Shown piece after piece: positions 35,737 to 48,016 of a stretch of 64,000 nt of DNA; the first letter of the stretch is position 1, and every line of letters begins with the position of its first letter. This stretch comes from Lepidodermella squamata (taxonomy: Eukaryota; Animalia; Gastrotricha). Made by a program: the position numbers and the translations under genes. The notes beneath the pieces are model-generated. The model did no database searches. It was not told the DNA's origin and saw only the letters and a program-made list of their open reading frames with translations. The stretch is from the NCBI GenBank assembly GCA_047495785.1, contig JBLDXI010000015.1, forward strand, positions 4,092,001 to 4,156,000, read 5' to 3'.

Positions 35737-36141
35737 ATGAGGACAATTTTCGCAATTATCACGGGACTGGCCATCGCAGTGCTCCCTGTTGCTCAAGGTG
35801 AAGGAGAAGAGGGTTCTCAAGCCGGCTGTTTCGAGCTGCCCCCGGTTGAGAACGGCATGTATGACACTGATAACAGTGGCCGAGTTGTTGGGACAGTTGC
35901 TACGCTGGTTTGTCGCGACGGTTTCACCTTGACCGGAGAAAATACCGTCAAATGCCAGGAAAATGGCCAGTGGTCGCAGCCTGGCACGTGCACTCAGCCG
36001 AATAGTAAATGTGAGTTCTCACTTTTTCTCACTTTTTTAAATTCCATTTAAATATGTTTATTTCCAGCGCCTAAAATGCCCAAAAGCTCCAAGTATACAT
36101 TCATTTTTGTTAGCCGGGGAAAACGATCAGCAAATGAATGA
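35737..36141 (+). CDS. Secreted single Sushi/CCP-domain protein; exons 35737-36010 and 36068-36141
   Basis: Signal peptide MRTIFAIITGLAIAVLPVAQG; CFELPPVENG...LVCRDGFTLTG...KCQENGQWS...C. A phase-1 intron gives the tail PKMPKSSKYTFIFVSRGKRSANE*. Confidence 0.8.
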
Positions 36142-36445
36142 ACTCTGCCTGCAAAAGACTCGCATTCATTGATCAAAATTTTTTTAGAAAAATAAACCGA
36201 TCATTTTTGAAAAACAAAAAAAACGTGAATTCCATCATAATCCACTGGAAAGCGTGTAGCTTCGGAACTAGCTACAACCAGCATTAAAGCTGTAATATGA
36301 AGTTCATCATAAGTTTCCAAGTCATTCATTATGTTGTAGATTTGATTGGCTTTCCAGTAAAAAGCCGGGCGTGCTGACCAAAAATTTTCCGAACCTCCGA
36401 GGTAAAGTTAAATGTTGCCATAATTAGCAGGCTTTGTATTGCATT

Positions 36446-36507
36446 GGGGGCTAAGCTTAGAACTCAAAAATTTCCATAGACACGATTTTGAGGTGAGCTT
36501 AGCCCCC
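36446..36507. repeat. 62-bp mini inverted repeat
   Basis: GGGGGCTAAGCT...CTCAAAA / TTTTGAG...AGCTTAGCCCCC. Confidence 0.6.
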
Positions 36508-36651
36508 TATAAATCAACCATCAACTTGAGAATGTCTATCAGCGTTTTGAATTTGTTGTTTGAAAAACCTTTGGCCAGCACTTCTCGTCAAGCATTTGGA
36601 ACCTTGGAGACAACAGGAACTTCGACTTCTGCGAAAAAATGCAATGCAACA

Positions 36652-36882
36652 TCAAATTTGGCGGGAAATTAATTTAATACCCTCGATGCAATTTCCTAGT
36701 AGGTCCCATTTGCAGATCCAAGAGCCGGCTGAAGTCAAAGAACCGTAATTATTTTTACGATAATACGTCATATCGCCTTCATTCTCCGTTGTTTGAACGC
36801 CATTTTCGCTCCATTCCAGTGCCGTTGGATAAGCGATGCAAGCGGCGGTAACAAGTAGATTAGTTACCGAAAATCTGATCAT
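36652..36882 (-). CDS. Possible small secreted protein (first exon or whole gene)
   Basis: ATG, hydrophobic signal-like N-terminus and two Cys. Downstream exon structure is unresolved. Confidence 0.3.
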   Translation of the reverse strand: MIRFSVTNLLVTAACIAYPTALEWSENGVQTTENEGDMTYYRKNNYGSLTSAGSWICKWDLLGNCIEGIKLISRQI

Positions 36883-37070
36883 TTATCGCAGATTGCAAAG
36901 ATTTTTCACAGAAACAAGACAAATCAATTAAAAATTGAATGTAAGCATAAATAACTCGATAAAATTGCTGTATTTTCAGCGCGGTTATATAGGCTGCGGT
37001 AAACACGTGAAATAATATTATCACCTGACCTTATCACATGATTTTATTATTTTAAACGCGTAAATATTTG

Positions 37071-37481
37071 TCAAAGCCACGTTAATTTGACCACGTTCTG
37101 CAGCGCCACAATGCCTATCCAGACGATGACCGTCGTGAAAAAAATGCCCGTAAAAATTGCGGCGATGCTCAGCTGGATCGATGTTCGATAATCTATTTCA
37201 TCGGCTTTCGATCTTCTCGCGAAAATGAAAGCAGGTATCGAGAGGCAGGAACAGCCAATGAAGAGAGCAGTGGTTGCAAGTGTCAGTGCGATTTTCTTCA
37301 GCCGCCCGATTTCCCGCTGGTGAAAGTTGGCCTCGTCGTCTCGAAGAACAGGCAGCGAATCGATGATGATAAAAGATGAGTCACTGGAGATTTTCCGAGT
37401 TAAAGTAACGGCTGGTAGGTCGGGCGAGTCAACGCGAGCTTTTTCCATTTCGGGCTCTTTGAGACTTTTGTGTAAGCTCAT
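37071..37481 (-). CDS. CD225/dispanin-like membrane protein
   Basis: LKKIALTLATTALFIGCSCLSIPAFIFA...YRTSIQLSIAAIFTG family motif. Confidence 0.72.
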   Translation of the reverse strand: MSLHKSLKEPEMEKARVDSPDLPAVTLTRKISSDSSFIIIDSLPVLRDDEANFHQREIGRLKKIALTLATTALFIGCSCLSIPAFIFARRSKADEIDYRTSIQLSIAAIFTGIFFTTVIVWIGIVALQNVVKLTWL

Positions 37482-37894
37482 TTTTCGGTAGTAATAATAT
37501 TATATACTAATAAACCTGCACCCAGTGAATAATTTTATTTACTGGTTTGTTTTTCATAATATTCGCTGCTAGTAATTCAATACCAGGCGATTGAGGCGGG
37601 AGGATCCGGCCAGTGGGATTTAGCAGCTTGCAGCCTGTACAAACATGTTTTGCATTCATGATGATATATATGTAAAAATGACAAGACATATATTATTTAA
37701 TTAAACTGCCAGTATTTATCTCAATTTATTTAGACTCGAGGAGCAACTTAGATATAGTTGTATTTCGCTACAATAAATCTATCACTTGTTAGTTTGGTAT
37801 AGTTATCATAGTTGGATTATAGTCCACTCAAGTCCGGTTTATGACATCATCCGAAATATGAAGCATAAATCATTCATTCTTCATCTGCAATGAT

Positions 37895-38299
37895 TTAGTT
37901 CCATTGATGCAAAGAATTAGCAGAAAAGTAGTTATCTGTTAATGATTTAATCAATAGCAGAGAAAGAATAAGACCAACGACGATGCTGACAATGCTGCAT
38001 TGGATAGACTTCCAGTAACTTGCTTCCGGCTTGTGCTTCTTGCAGGCGCAGAAGATAGCTGGCAAGGAACAGCAGGGACAGCCGATGCAACAAGCCACAA
38101 TCGACAAGATCAATGCTTTTTCACGCAGGTTTTGGGCGTCGGGGTCGATTACTTTGGCAGGCTGTTGTTGAATGATAACTTGCGCATCACCCGGTTGGGA
38201 TTGGATGGGTTGCTGCTGGATCGGCTGCATCATAGTCATTGGCTGTGGTTGCCCGCCGTTATTCCCATAAGCCATCGGGGCCTGATCAGCGGAAATCAT
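37895..38299 (-). CDS. CD225/dispanin-like membrane protein, Q/P-rich N-terminus
   Basis: LREKALILSIVACCIGCPCCSLPAIFCA...YWKSIQCSIVSIVVG. Confidence 0.75.
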   Translation of the reverse strand: MISADQAPMAYGNNGGQPQPMTMMQPIQQQPIQSQPGDAQVIIQQQPAKVIDPDAQNLREKALILSIVACCIGCPCCSLPAIFCACKKHKPEASYWKSIQCSIVSIVVGLILSLLLIKSLTDNYFSANSLHQWN

Positions 38300-38534
38300 A
38301 TCGTTGAATGATTAACGATTTCTAGTAAAATTAGACAGAAAACAAATGAATTCTAAAATATCAATTCTGAATTTTTAAGGTAGCGATAGTTTTGGCTTCC
38401 CTTGACTTCATATTCCTCAAAACACGCGATGGAGCGAGGTAGCAAGGTAGCACAGGCGTGAAAGAATACTTCGCAGATATTTATCAGAAGCCTGGATCCT
38501 GGCTACTTGCAACACCTAGCTAGGAGAAAGACAA

Positions 38535-38924
38535 TCAAAGATAGCCTTTTAGGTTCGTCGGCATTAACTCAATAATCATTAGCGAAACAAGAATAAGAGC
38601 AACGACGATGTTGAGAATGCTGCACTGGATGGACTGCCAGTAAGTGGCTTCCGGCTCGTGCTTCAAGCAGGCGCAGAAGATAGCTGGCAAGGCACAGCAG
38701 CAGGGGAAGGTGATGCAACAAGCAACAATCGACAAGATCAATGCTTTTTGACGCAGGCTTTGGGCGTCGGGGTCGATTACTTTGCCAGGCTGTTGAATGA
38801 TGATTTGCGCATCACCCGATTGGATGGGTTGCTGCTGGATTGGCTGCATCATAATCATCTGCTGTGGTGGCCTGCCGTGTTTCGCATAAGCCATCGGGGC
38901 CTGACCTTCATCAATGGAAATCAT
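38535..38924 (-). CDS. CD225/dispanin-like membrane protein; tandem duplicate of 37895-38299
   Basis: High similarity to the neighbour, extending into upstream non-coding DNA (GAGCGAGGTAGC, GGATCCTGGCTAC). Confidence 0.75.
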   Translation of the reverse strand: MISIDEGQAPMAYAKHGRPPQQMIMMQPIQQQPIQSGDAQIIIQQPGKVIDPDAQSLRQKALILSIVACCITFPCCCALPAIFCACLKHEPEATYWQSIQCSILNIVVALILVSLMIIELMPTNLKGYL

Positions 38925-40387
38925 TATAATTGAATGCCTAACGATTCCTAGTAATCAGAAAAAGGAGTTATCTGGAAAACTTGGAATTTAGAAAATCATT
39001 ATTGAATTCGTAGGGTAGAGATAGTTTTAGCTTTTCTTGTCTTCGGCCTTCACCTTCCTCAAAACACGATGGAGCGAGGTAGCGACGATGTGAAACAAAT
39101 CTTTGTAGATAGTTATTAGAAGCCCGGATCCTGGCTACAGGCGACGCCTAAGAGGGCTAGAATGAAAGATTTGGCTTAGGTTCGACTTCCATGTTAAACG
39201 CGAAAATCGTTGAGATACATCGGACAATTAGCATTGAATTCCAATTTCACGATGAGAAAATCTAAAATAAGAAGTTAATGGGTCATCATCAACAATAATA
39301 TGCTATGAAAACATCCTGCTTAGCTAATCCTCAAAAAATCGCCGAAAATGAAAAAAAATTCCCGAAGTGAACAGCTCTTTTTCTGAAGTCAATAAGAAAT
39401 CAACGAAAATCGGCGTGCTTCAAATTTAAACAGGCGAAAATTGAGCACCTCGCCAATGTTTTGCTAAAAATGAGTTTGAAAATTGTTCGAAGCTCCTATT
39501 GTATTATTCTATTTTACATCGGTAATCAGATAAGATGGCCTTGAAATCGCACCTTCGACCTGGAAATCAGTTTATGTAAACTACTGTTAGAGCTTTGGCC
39601 AACTGACAACTTAAGTTTACGGGAAAGCTATTGAAAATTGGTCAAGTTCCAATAAATTGCCCCAACGGGTACCTAACTTGGCCGATTTGGCGAGATGGTA
39701 CTTAATAGCGAGAAATTGATACGCCGCTAAGCGAGGTAAGCATTTGGCTTTTACAACTCTGATGAAACGATAAGCCCATTGGCTGTTTGGCCGCACATGG
39801 CTTTTTCAAGGTGGAAATTTAGCAAAGCACTGTTTCCGACGGAAGCTTTTGCAGGAGCTTGGTGGACAAACACGACCCTTAGAGCTCATGAAAACTATTA
39901 GAAGATCAAAAAAGTTGAAAGAAGTTTGCGCCACCGTTCGTCGTCGCCGTCGTGATGCAATGATGCACGTGCGGTCAAAGTGATCGCCGCCATAACGAAC
40001 GCAAAACGAACGATGATGACACGCGCGTGGCACACACGCGACTGAAAAACGTTTATAGGCCATTTTTTATTTGCCACACACGCGCCGGTTTGTTAATGGT
40101 GCGGTTTTTATGAATCACACTGTACAACGAATCCGTAGTCGCTTTTGGCCAGCGTTCGACCTATATTCCAAATTTTCTGAAAATTATTTTGGGACTGCTG
40201 AACTGCTGGGAAACGTCTATAATGTTCATTTATCTAGAATATTTTGTTCAAACCAAAAATTGAAGCAGCGAGGTGAACAAAATTTAGATAATAAATTCTC
40301 CTTTTATTCGGATTTTCTATGATTAAATAGAAATGGCATAGGTTTTGAATACTCGATATAATTTGTCGCTTGCTGACTATTTGACAA

Positions 40388-40951
40388 TCAATTAAAGTTC
40401 TTAGGCTTCATCGGCGATCCGATGGTCGTTGTTGAATTGTTGAGTAGTTCAACAAAATCCATTTCGCTGATAGAAGCCGACAAGATGCGAAGGCCTAGCG
40501 AACATATGCCGAGGGTGACGCCGATGACGAGCGCGGCGATGCTGAGCTTTATCGATAAGCGATACCTGTTCTTCGATCCGTTCGGCTTGCACGCGTAGAC
40601 AATGGCAGGCACGGCGAGGCAGAGGCAGCCGCAAAATAGCGCGACTATCGACAGCGGCATGGCACAACGCCTCAGCCTATCCGCCTCTGGGTCGTAATGC
40701 ACGTGCGGTATTTGTACGAGGACTTGAGCACCTGGTGGCATGGGTTGACCCGGGACGAGCATGACTGGTTGTTGTTGGATCGGGGCACCGTATTGCTGTT
40801 GAGGCAGCATCGGCACTTGCTCTGGTGGCACTTTGATGTCGGTATTCGGGTCTTGACCTTGAGATGGGTAGTAATTTGGCGGCTGGGCATACCCTGGCTG
40901 TCTCGGATAATCTGGCTGTCTCGGGTAATCCGGTTGTTTCGGATAACTCAT
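40388..40951 (-). CDS. CD225/dispanin-like membrane protein with Pro/Gln/Tyr-rich N-terminus
   Basis: YPKQPD-YPRQPD-YPRQPG repeats and PPNY; LRRCAMPLSIVALFCGCLCLAVPAIVYA...YRLSIKLSIAALVIG. Confidence 0.78.
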   Translation of the reverse strand: MSYPKQPDYPRQPDYPRQPGYAQPPNYYPSQGQDPNTDIKVPPEQVPMLPQQQYGAPIQQQPVMLVPGQPMPPGAQVLVQIPHVHYDPEADRLRRCAMPLSIVALFCGCLCLAVPAIVYACKPNGSKNRYRLSIKLSIAALVIGVTLGICSLGLRILSASISEMDFVELLNNSTTTIGSPMKPKNFN

Positions 40952-42729
40952 TTTCGCTTCAAAAACCTAAAAATAAATTCAAAAGTTGAAACAATGATGA
41001 AAATATATGAAAATCAGAAAAATCCAAGCTAAATGAAACCAGCTAATCCGAATTCCGCATAAAATATCTCAAAATCTAGACGCTCTTAGTGCGAAAATAG
41101 TTTTCCTATATCTTCCTTTTCCTGTAATTTGATGAATCGCTCTCGAAGTGCAGTAAACATATTACAGGATTATATATTATTTTTATCGGTCAAAAATTGA
41201 TCGCCACGAGCGAAGAAATCAGTCTTTTGAAGGCCTAGGTATGGCTGATCTCTGATACGGAGTGTAATATAGGCACTGAAGGTGAGAGAAAACAGGGCTT
41301 GGATAAAGCTATATAGCAGCGAAATTACTACATAAATCAGCCTTATAATATTGTGTGTTATTGCGTGTTGTGTTCGAATTCGATCTCAGTTGAAAAGCTA
41401 TATAGTATTATAGTGTGCGATCTGTGATGCGGTTGGGGTGCTGCATAGAATATTAGAGGGAATATAGCTGCTTCTCTCTGCCACTGAAAATAAAAAGCAC
41501 AGACCGCGCGCGCTCATGGCATACACTTTTGCATCTTATAGTGTAAACAACATAAATAGTAATGACGACGGCTTTCATAGCCGCATGTGCGCCGTATAGA
41601 AATATTGGGCGCGTTTTTTACTCACGTTTCTGCGTGCTATGTATAGGCCTTAGTCACGCCGATAATAAGAGCCGGCGCTAACTATGTGATCATTTTTTAT
41701 TAGAAAGGCGCTGTGAACACTTAAATGCCTATACTATGCAAATATTAGCCGGTTTGCTAAAAAACGGCTGAATAGTTTGGTACACGTAAAAAAAATCACA
41801 AAAATATGCAAAACATCCTCTAATGTATGTATATGTTATCACAAGGGAATGAATATCCTAAATTTGAGACGCTAAGAAGAGGGCAGTTCAATGAAAAAGG
41901 AGTTGAGACAAAAGGCGCACTCCACAGCGTGCGTCTTCAAAAAAGGAAATGAAAGGGTAAAGGGGTCCTATTTCGCGGAAAATGGGTTTATCTAAACAAA
42001 GGTAATGATGGTGTGAAATTTTTTTATATTGGTCAAAGTTGGCATTTGCATATGAAAAATAGGAAAAAACGTGCAAAAAAGTTGAATGTGGAGGATTATC
42101 TTCAATCCTATCCTCGATCTTAAATGATAAAAAATGTCAAAAAAAAACGCGAGTAATCCCGCGTATATCACTACACAAGATACTAAAAATTGGTTCAAGG
42201 CCAACTACTTTACTAAGAAATCGATTTATGGTAATTTAATAAGAGAGGATTAGAATTCTTACAAACCCCTCAGTTTTGGGATTATCGGAACTTACCGATG
42301 ATAAAGGAATATAAATGCGATAGGATTGGAAATCGGCCCAAAGTTGATTTCAAAAGATTAGTTATTGGCATGTCATAAAAAATTTTTCAAAAGCCACTGG
42401 TTGATTTAGTTGGAAATTTAGGTTCGTGAAACATGAAGTATGTTCCTAGACCCTAGACGGGTCCGTTTTGCACGTCTTATAAGTGTCATTCTAAGATTAT
42501 CCGGGGTTCTCTGCTTCATTTAGAAGGATTTTTAATCCTATCGGATTGAGGAGAATTTCTCGTCCAAAGCCAAAAAGCGATTGATATAAGACCACGCTGT
42601 AGTATTTTATTAAAAATTGTAGGAATTGTTTCATTATTTATCAATTCAAATGATACAAAAGTTCATGAATTTACATAATTTCCGCGTGTTGAAGCTTCAA
42701 ATTGATTCGTTTATATCGGCGTTTCAATG

Positions 42730-43176
42730 TCAGTCATACAGGAAGTAAAATAGAGATCCAGAGAAGATGAAACCCAGGACCAGCGCGACTAAGCTCAGCT
42801 CGATCGAGCGAATGTAGATTTTTCGAGGCGAATTGCGTCTGCAGGCGCAACAAGCAGCCGGCAAGGCGACGCAAATGCAGCCAAACAGCATGGAGAAAAT
42901 ACTGAGGATAATGGCACAAGTTCGCAGGTTACCCGTCTCCTTTTCTTCCTCGATGTGGCGATCTGGTTCGACGATTCTGACCACGGTTGTCCTTGGAGGC
43001 TGTTGCTGTTGGACTGAAGGGCCACTCGAATCAAGACTTGGGTACAGTGGTGGTTTTGGCTCGTTGCCAGCCGGGTGTTGATATTGGCCACTTGGATGCT
43101 CTTCATAGGGCGGAGCATTAGGCGGCGGCATGCTCCAACCAACCGGTGTTGCTTGTTGTTGCTGATAGTCTGACAT
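42730..43176 (-). CDS. CD225/dispanin-like membrane protein
   Basis: P/Q-rich N-terminus with PPLY; LRTCAIILSIFSMLFGCICVALPAACCA...YIRSIELSLVALVLG. Confidence 0.78.
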   Translation of the reverse strand: MSDYQQQQATPVGWSMPPPNAPPYEEHPSGQYQHPAGNEPKPPLYPSLDSSGPSVQQQQPPRTTVVRIVEPDRHIEEEKETGNLRTCAIILSIFSMLFGCICVALPAACCACRRNSPRKIYIRSIELSLVALVLGFIFSGSLFYFLYD

Positions 43177-43581
43177 AATTTTGGCTAATTTAATTTTTAA
43201 GAAAAATGAAAAGAGAGCTCTGAATCGAGGTCGACACTTCGCCACATGTGATTCATTGGACGTAATTTTATCATAATTGTTGCGTCACCCTACCAATCGC
43301 ACAGAGAATTTCCAAATTTCGAGGAAAACCAGAGTTCTTTATTTTATAAAAATATTTGCTTTGTGATGCTTCCCTTCGATTTTCGTCACAACAAATTACA
43401 ATTATTTTCAGGCTTCTGTGGGAATTGAAAAACGACAAAATTATTTGTCAAATATATTTATTTTTTTTCGACAGGGATTTCAGCGATTGGAAGGTCTTCA
43501 ACACTCCCAGCAGCTGTAACAAAATTTAAAATCGATAAGACATTGATTTGGCAAGCAGACGATGAATATCGGTTCTGAAAC

Positions 43582-46500
43582 CTAAAGGTCAAGGGTCATT
43601 GTCAAAATCGCGTAATCATCTGAAGCCGCGCTGTAAGGCCGCGTCCCATCTTCGAGTTGGAAATTTGACGCATGTAGTGAGTAGCGTTCTTTGTAGCCCA
43701 ATATGTCTCGTTCCATCGCCTGAAAATATTAGTTGCCATGTCAAGATCTTGAGCAAGTTTTTCCATTCAAAAACTCACCTGTGTTGCTAAGGACGCGTTT
43801 TTAGTTAGGATGACCTTGTAACCAGCCTGGCGAGCTCTTCGAATCAATTCGAGTTCAACTTCGAGAAAAATCGCACTAGCATCATTTTGATCAATATTCG
43901 GATCGACGTAGACCATTCGATACGACAAGACAACACCTCGAGGTAGTTTACCAGTGGCTTTATCAGCGTACTTCTCCAACAATTCGTTGTACACCGGGAG
44001 TTCAGCGGCTGATAGAAGGGCTCGAACAGCTTCGATGCCCTGCCATACATTAGGATCCGTCACGCGGTCAGTCGCGTCACAGCACAGAATGGCACCAGCC
44101 AGCGAACTGCCATTTGACCGCCGTTTGTCGAAGAAAGCGAAAGACAGCGAGCCGACGTTACGGTACAAAGGCCATTCGCCTGAAATTAAACGTTCAAAAC
44201 CGGAATTTTCGAATCAAATCCTTACCATATAACAATTTTGAAAATGCATTATTTGGAAGCTTCAGCAGTTTTCCGAGAGGACCAGTTACTGAAAACGAGT
44301 AATCGATGCGTTGTATCAAGTGATCCGTGTCGCTTTTCTTCAACGCCTCTAAATTTTGATACGCCAACCAGTCAATGACTGGCAACGGCTCCTTCCGGCG
44401 TTTCTTCACAGCCCGCTCATCCTCGTCATCTTGGGACGATTCGAACGAGTCGGCCAGTTTTTGGGCGAATTGCCGTAGACTAGTATTGGGTGTCAGCAGC
44501 ATCTCGGCCAGGGCGTTGACGAACCCGAGTCGGTGAAGCGTGACGATCGCCGAAATCACCGATAGCGAGTTGCCGCCCTGGTTGAAAAACGTCGCTTCCA
44601 TCACCACCTGGCTGGCATCTAGGCCTAGCGTCGACGCGGCAACAAGGCGGACCGCTTCCGTGGCAGAATTGACTAGATCGTCTTCGTTCAATTTGAACTG
44701 GTCGAGTAAGGAATTTGTATTTTCACACGATTTTATCAATGCCTCTTGCGCTAGTTTTTTCAGCCGTTGTTGGTCAGTTTTACCGGTATGCGCTTGCATA
44801 GGGAAAGTACCGATCGGGAGAGGTAGCAACAGTTCAGGGACTGCGTAATGCGGCAGTTTTTCAGCCAGTGACACGCGAACGTTATCAGGGCGCAGGCAGA
44901 ACGACGCTTCCGGCCATGTCTCGTAGAAACCAGCTAGGCGGAACGTTGCACTTGCTTGATGCTCGATGGCTACAACGCGGCATTTTGGGGGTTGAATGTT
45001 ATTGGCTAATTGAGGTGGCTTTTTTGCAACTATGTCACGGATGATTGCTTTCAGTGTATCCTCGACTTGAACTGTGCTAACGCGATTGCCGCGAATTTTC
45101 ACAAGCGAATCGCCTCGTCCACAATGAACTATTAAAGAAGGAAAAGATCAGTTATCAATTTCGAAGTCAAATGAAAATTTCTCATACCTAGTTCACCACC
45201 TGGGACAATTTTTCCCAAATCACCCATGCTGAGAAGTCGATTTCCGATACCGATTTCCGCCATTCCGGGCGGTTTTGTTGAAAACCGATCGATATGCCTG
45301 GAAGACTCGCCAGCAAAGCCGAGGCAGACATTCTCTCCTGATACGTAGATGTGTCCGACCTGTCCGATAGGGACCGGGATTGGCATGTCCTCGCGGCAAA
45401 CGAAAATACTTGTGTTGTACACTGCCTTGCCAATTGATAGGAAACCATCGAACGTTCTCGCGATGACGTCAGCTTCACTCGCGAATACAGCGGCTGTCAC
45501 GTCGCCGGTGACTTCAGTCGAGCCGTAGAAATTCGCGAGACGAGGTTGGCTAGCGCTGTTGGCCAGGGTTCGGAAGAAACGACGGGCGAGGTCGGATGGC
45601 AACGCCTCGCCGCTGCTCACCACGAGGCGTAATGAGGCGAGGTCCGTTGCGGCACTGGGCAGTTCCAGCATTGCGGATAGGAGAGACGGAACCAGGATCA
45701 GCCGAGTGACAGCGTGTTCTCGAATCGTGTCAGCCATCAACGCGGCCACGTTGTCGCTTGAAGTCGCCGAGCTGCGCCACGCCTGAGCATCGACTACGAC
45801 GAGGCGCTGTAGTCGAAGCACCGCCCCGAGAACTTCGGTATACGAGTCCACGAATAGCACATTAGTCTTCGCGAGGCAAACATCAGACGCATCAGGGGCA
45901 AAGGGCAACTCGGCCCACTGCCACCTGAGTCGGTTTAAAATATTTGCGTCAGTTAGACACACACCTTTCGGGACACCCGTGCTACCGCTTGTGTACAATA
46001 TCAAACTCGGTAGTTGCTCCAGAGCTCCGTTTTTGGTGTCATTCAATTCTCCATTTAGTTCGATGCGCCCGTTGAGATTAACGTTCAAACCGGCACTGTT
46101 GCAGTCTTCGTCGATCAAAATCTTTGGGCATTGGCGCGAGGCTATCAGTTTGGACAAACCAAAATCCTAAAAGCGAAAATTAATATAAAAAAATCCTCCT
46201 TAATACTTTGCAATTACTTTTTTTAAATGATACAATTTAAGCTGGTCAAAGCGACCGATTTTCTTTTTATGAAGCCTACTCACCGTTATAACTGCCTGAG
46301 CCTTAGAATGCTCGAGAATGAAGGCATGTTGATCTGCCGTCTGAACAGTATCGAGGGGTACAAAAGGCACTCGTAGAGCGTTCAGTGACAACAAGGCAGC
46401 AATTCTTGCGCAACCGGGTGGCAGCAAAACAGCGATTGGTTTACGAAGCGAACTTGCACCGGGAAGTGTCACTCGAACGAGGTCAATCAGTCGATTGACA

Positions 46501-46709
46501 CACGCGTCCAAATGCGCGTAGGTCAAGCGCCGGCCTGATGGTTCGACTATAGCTTCGAGTTGGTTAGCGAAATGTGAATTTTTTTGAAATTGGCGTTGAT
46601 ATTCGTTATATATTGTCGTAGTCGGGTTGTCTTCGAGCTCCTGAGGTTGAACTCGGGTGCCATCGATGACGCTGGGCATAACTACGCTCACCAGCTTGTC
46701 CTCGCCCAT
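43582..46709 (-). CDS. ebony: Ebony-type NRPS-like beta-alanyl-amine synthetase, copy A (A-T-aaNAT-like); exons 46709-46284, 46166-45188, 45128-44226, 44179-43779, 43719-43582
   Basis: A-domain motifs LYTSGSTGVPKG, LFVDS, NFYGSTE, MGDLG, GRGDSLVKIRGNRV and TGKTD; carrier motif FFNQGGNSL; C-terminal GNAT-like domain with TKNASLATQ...LGY as in Ebony. Confidence 0.85.
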
Positions 46710-48016
46710 TTCAACCTCAGAAATGAAACGCCTAATACGAGAAAAATCTTGATATTATGACAAGGCTTGATATCCATTAAAAATTAACTGAACACCTTGG
46801 AAAATATTGCGGCCATGGAAGCAATTAAGTTTTTTATGCCTGGGGCCCGCTTGCTAGAATAAAGGCGGCTTATTCAAAAAAATCGATAAAGTCGCCTGCG
46901 GAAATTGTAACGAGTTAGAAAAATGCGGTCGCGGAACTTGAAAGAAACCTAGATCCTACACGCGGCGCTTTTAGATGCCTCCTGGTTTCACATGGGTATC
47001 GATTTTCGAAGAGAGTGTGAACTATATGGGAAGAGTATGATTTTCTGTGGCAACATGCCGGGCTTCATTTTTAATTCTGAGGATTGAAAAATTACTCGTT
47101 TACAAGCCTGAAGCTGAGAGATGATATAATGATCATATAAGCTGCCGAAAGGGATTCGACTATCAGTATACGCAATATTCACAGCTTTTTTCTCTAGGTT
47201 CACAGCAGCTGTAGAAAAAATGAGGAGAGAAAAAAACCCGAAAAACTCGCCGCTGTTTTTTTGCCAGTTGCAATGATGGATGAAAGCGCGCGATATTTTT
47301 CGGCCTCCCGTAAGCTATACAATATCAAAAATACTGATTACCGAAGCCCAGTTGTTAACCTAAAATCGCCGCAGTTTTTTTAGGTGTGCGCACATCACAA
47401 GCGGCACGAAAAAAACCGGCGTTTTTTTTACTTGGCTATTATAAATATTGAAGCGTATTGTTTTTTTTATAGCGCCTGGGAGGCACCTCAAACGGAATCG
47501 CAATTTTTGAGATAAACTGTGTATATATCCAAAATAGGGAGTACATGGCAATGTTTAATATTCGAAATTTCGTCGAAATTAGCTCACTCGAGAGCCGCAA
47601 CTACGTCGCTCTTATTATAAAGCAATAGCATATTACTTCATTACTTGACACACATATTATTATAAGTAAATGAAAGGCATCGATAGTGAAAAAAATTCGC
47701 TAAAATGTAAGCTACACCTGTGTTTCATATTATTGCAAGAATATCTAATCAATTTTAAGCATCTGTCTTTGATTGAAGCTTTCGTCACAAAACTCGCAGC
47801 TTCGCGTCAGTAGATCCGCTCTCCTGGACTATTATATGCTTGAAAACAGATTGAATCGATGTACTCAGCGAGTATCAGCTAGCAAAATTGATTCGAGTAA
47901 TGAATTCGCACGAAAGGAAGGAAATGAGGATTTCGCCTTTACGTTCATCTTAATACATCTATTTGACTCTTATCATTTATTCAAATTGTCAAAATCCTGC
48001 ACATCAGAATAATATT

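Noticed and set aside
39880-40060. GC-rich stretch weakly resembling 52266-52325 in reverse
   Set aside because: The similarity is too short and degenerate to call a repeat or ncRNA by eye.
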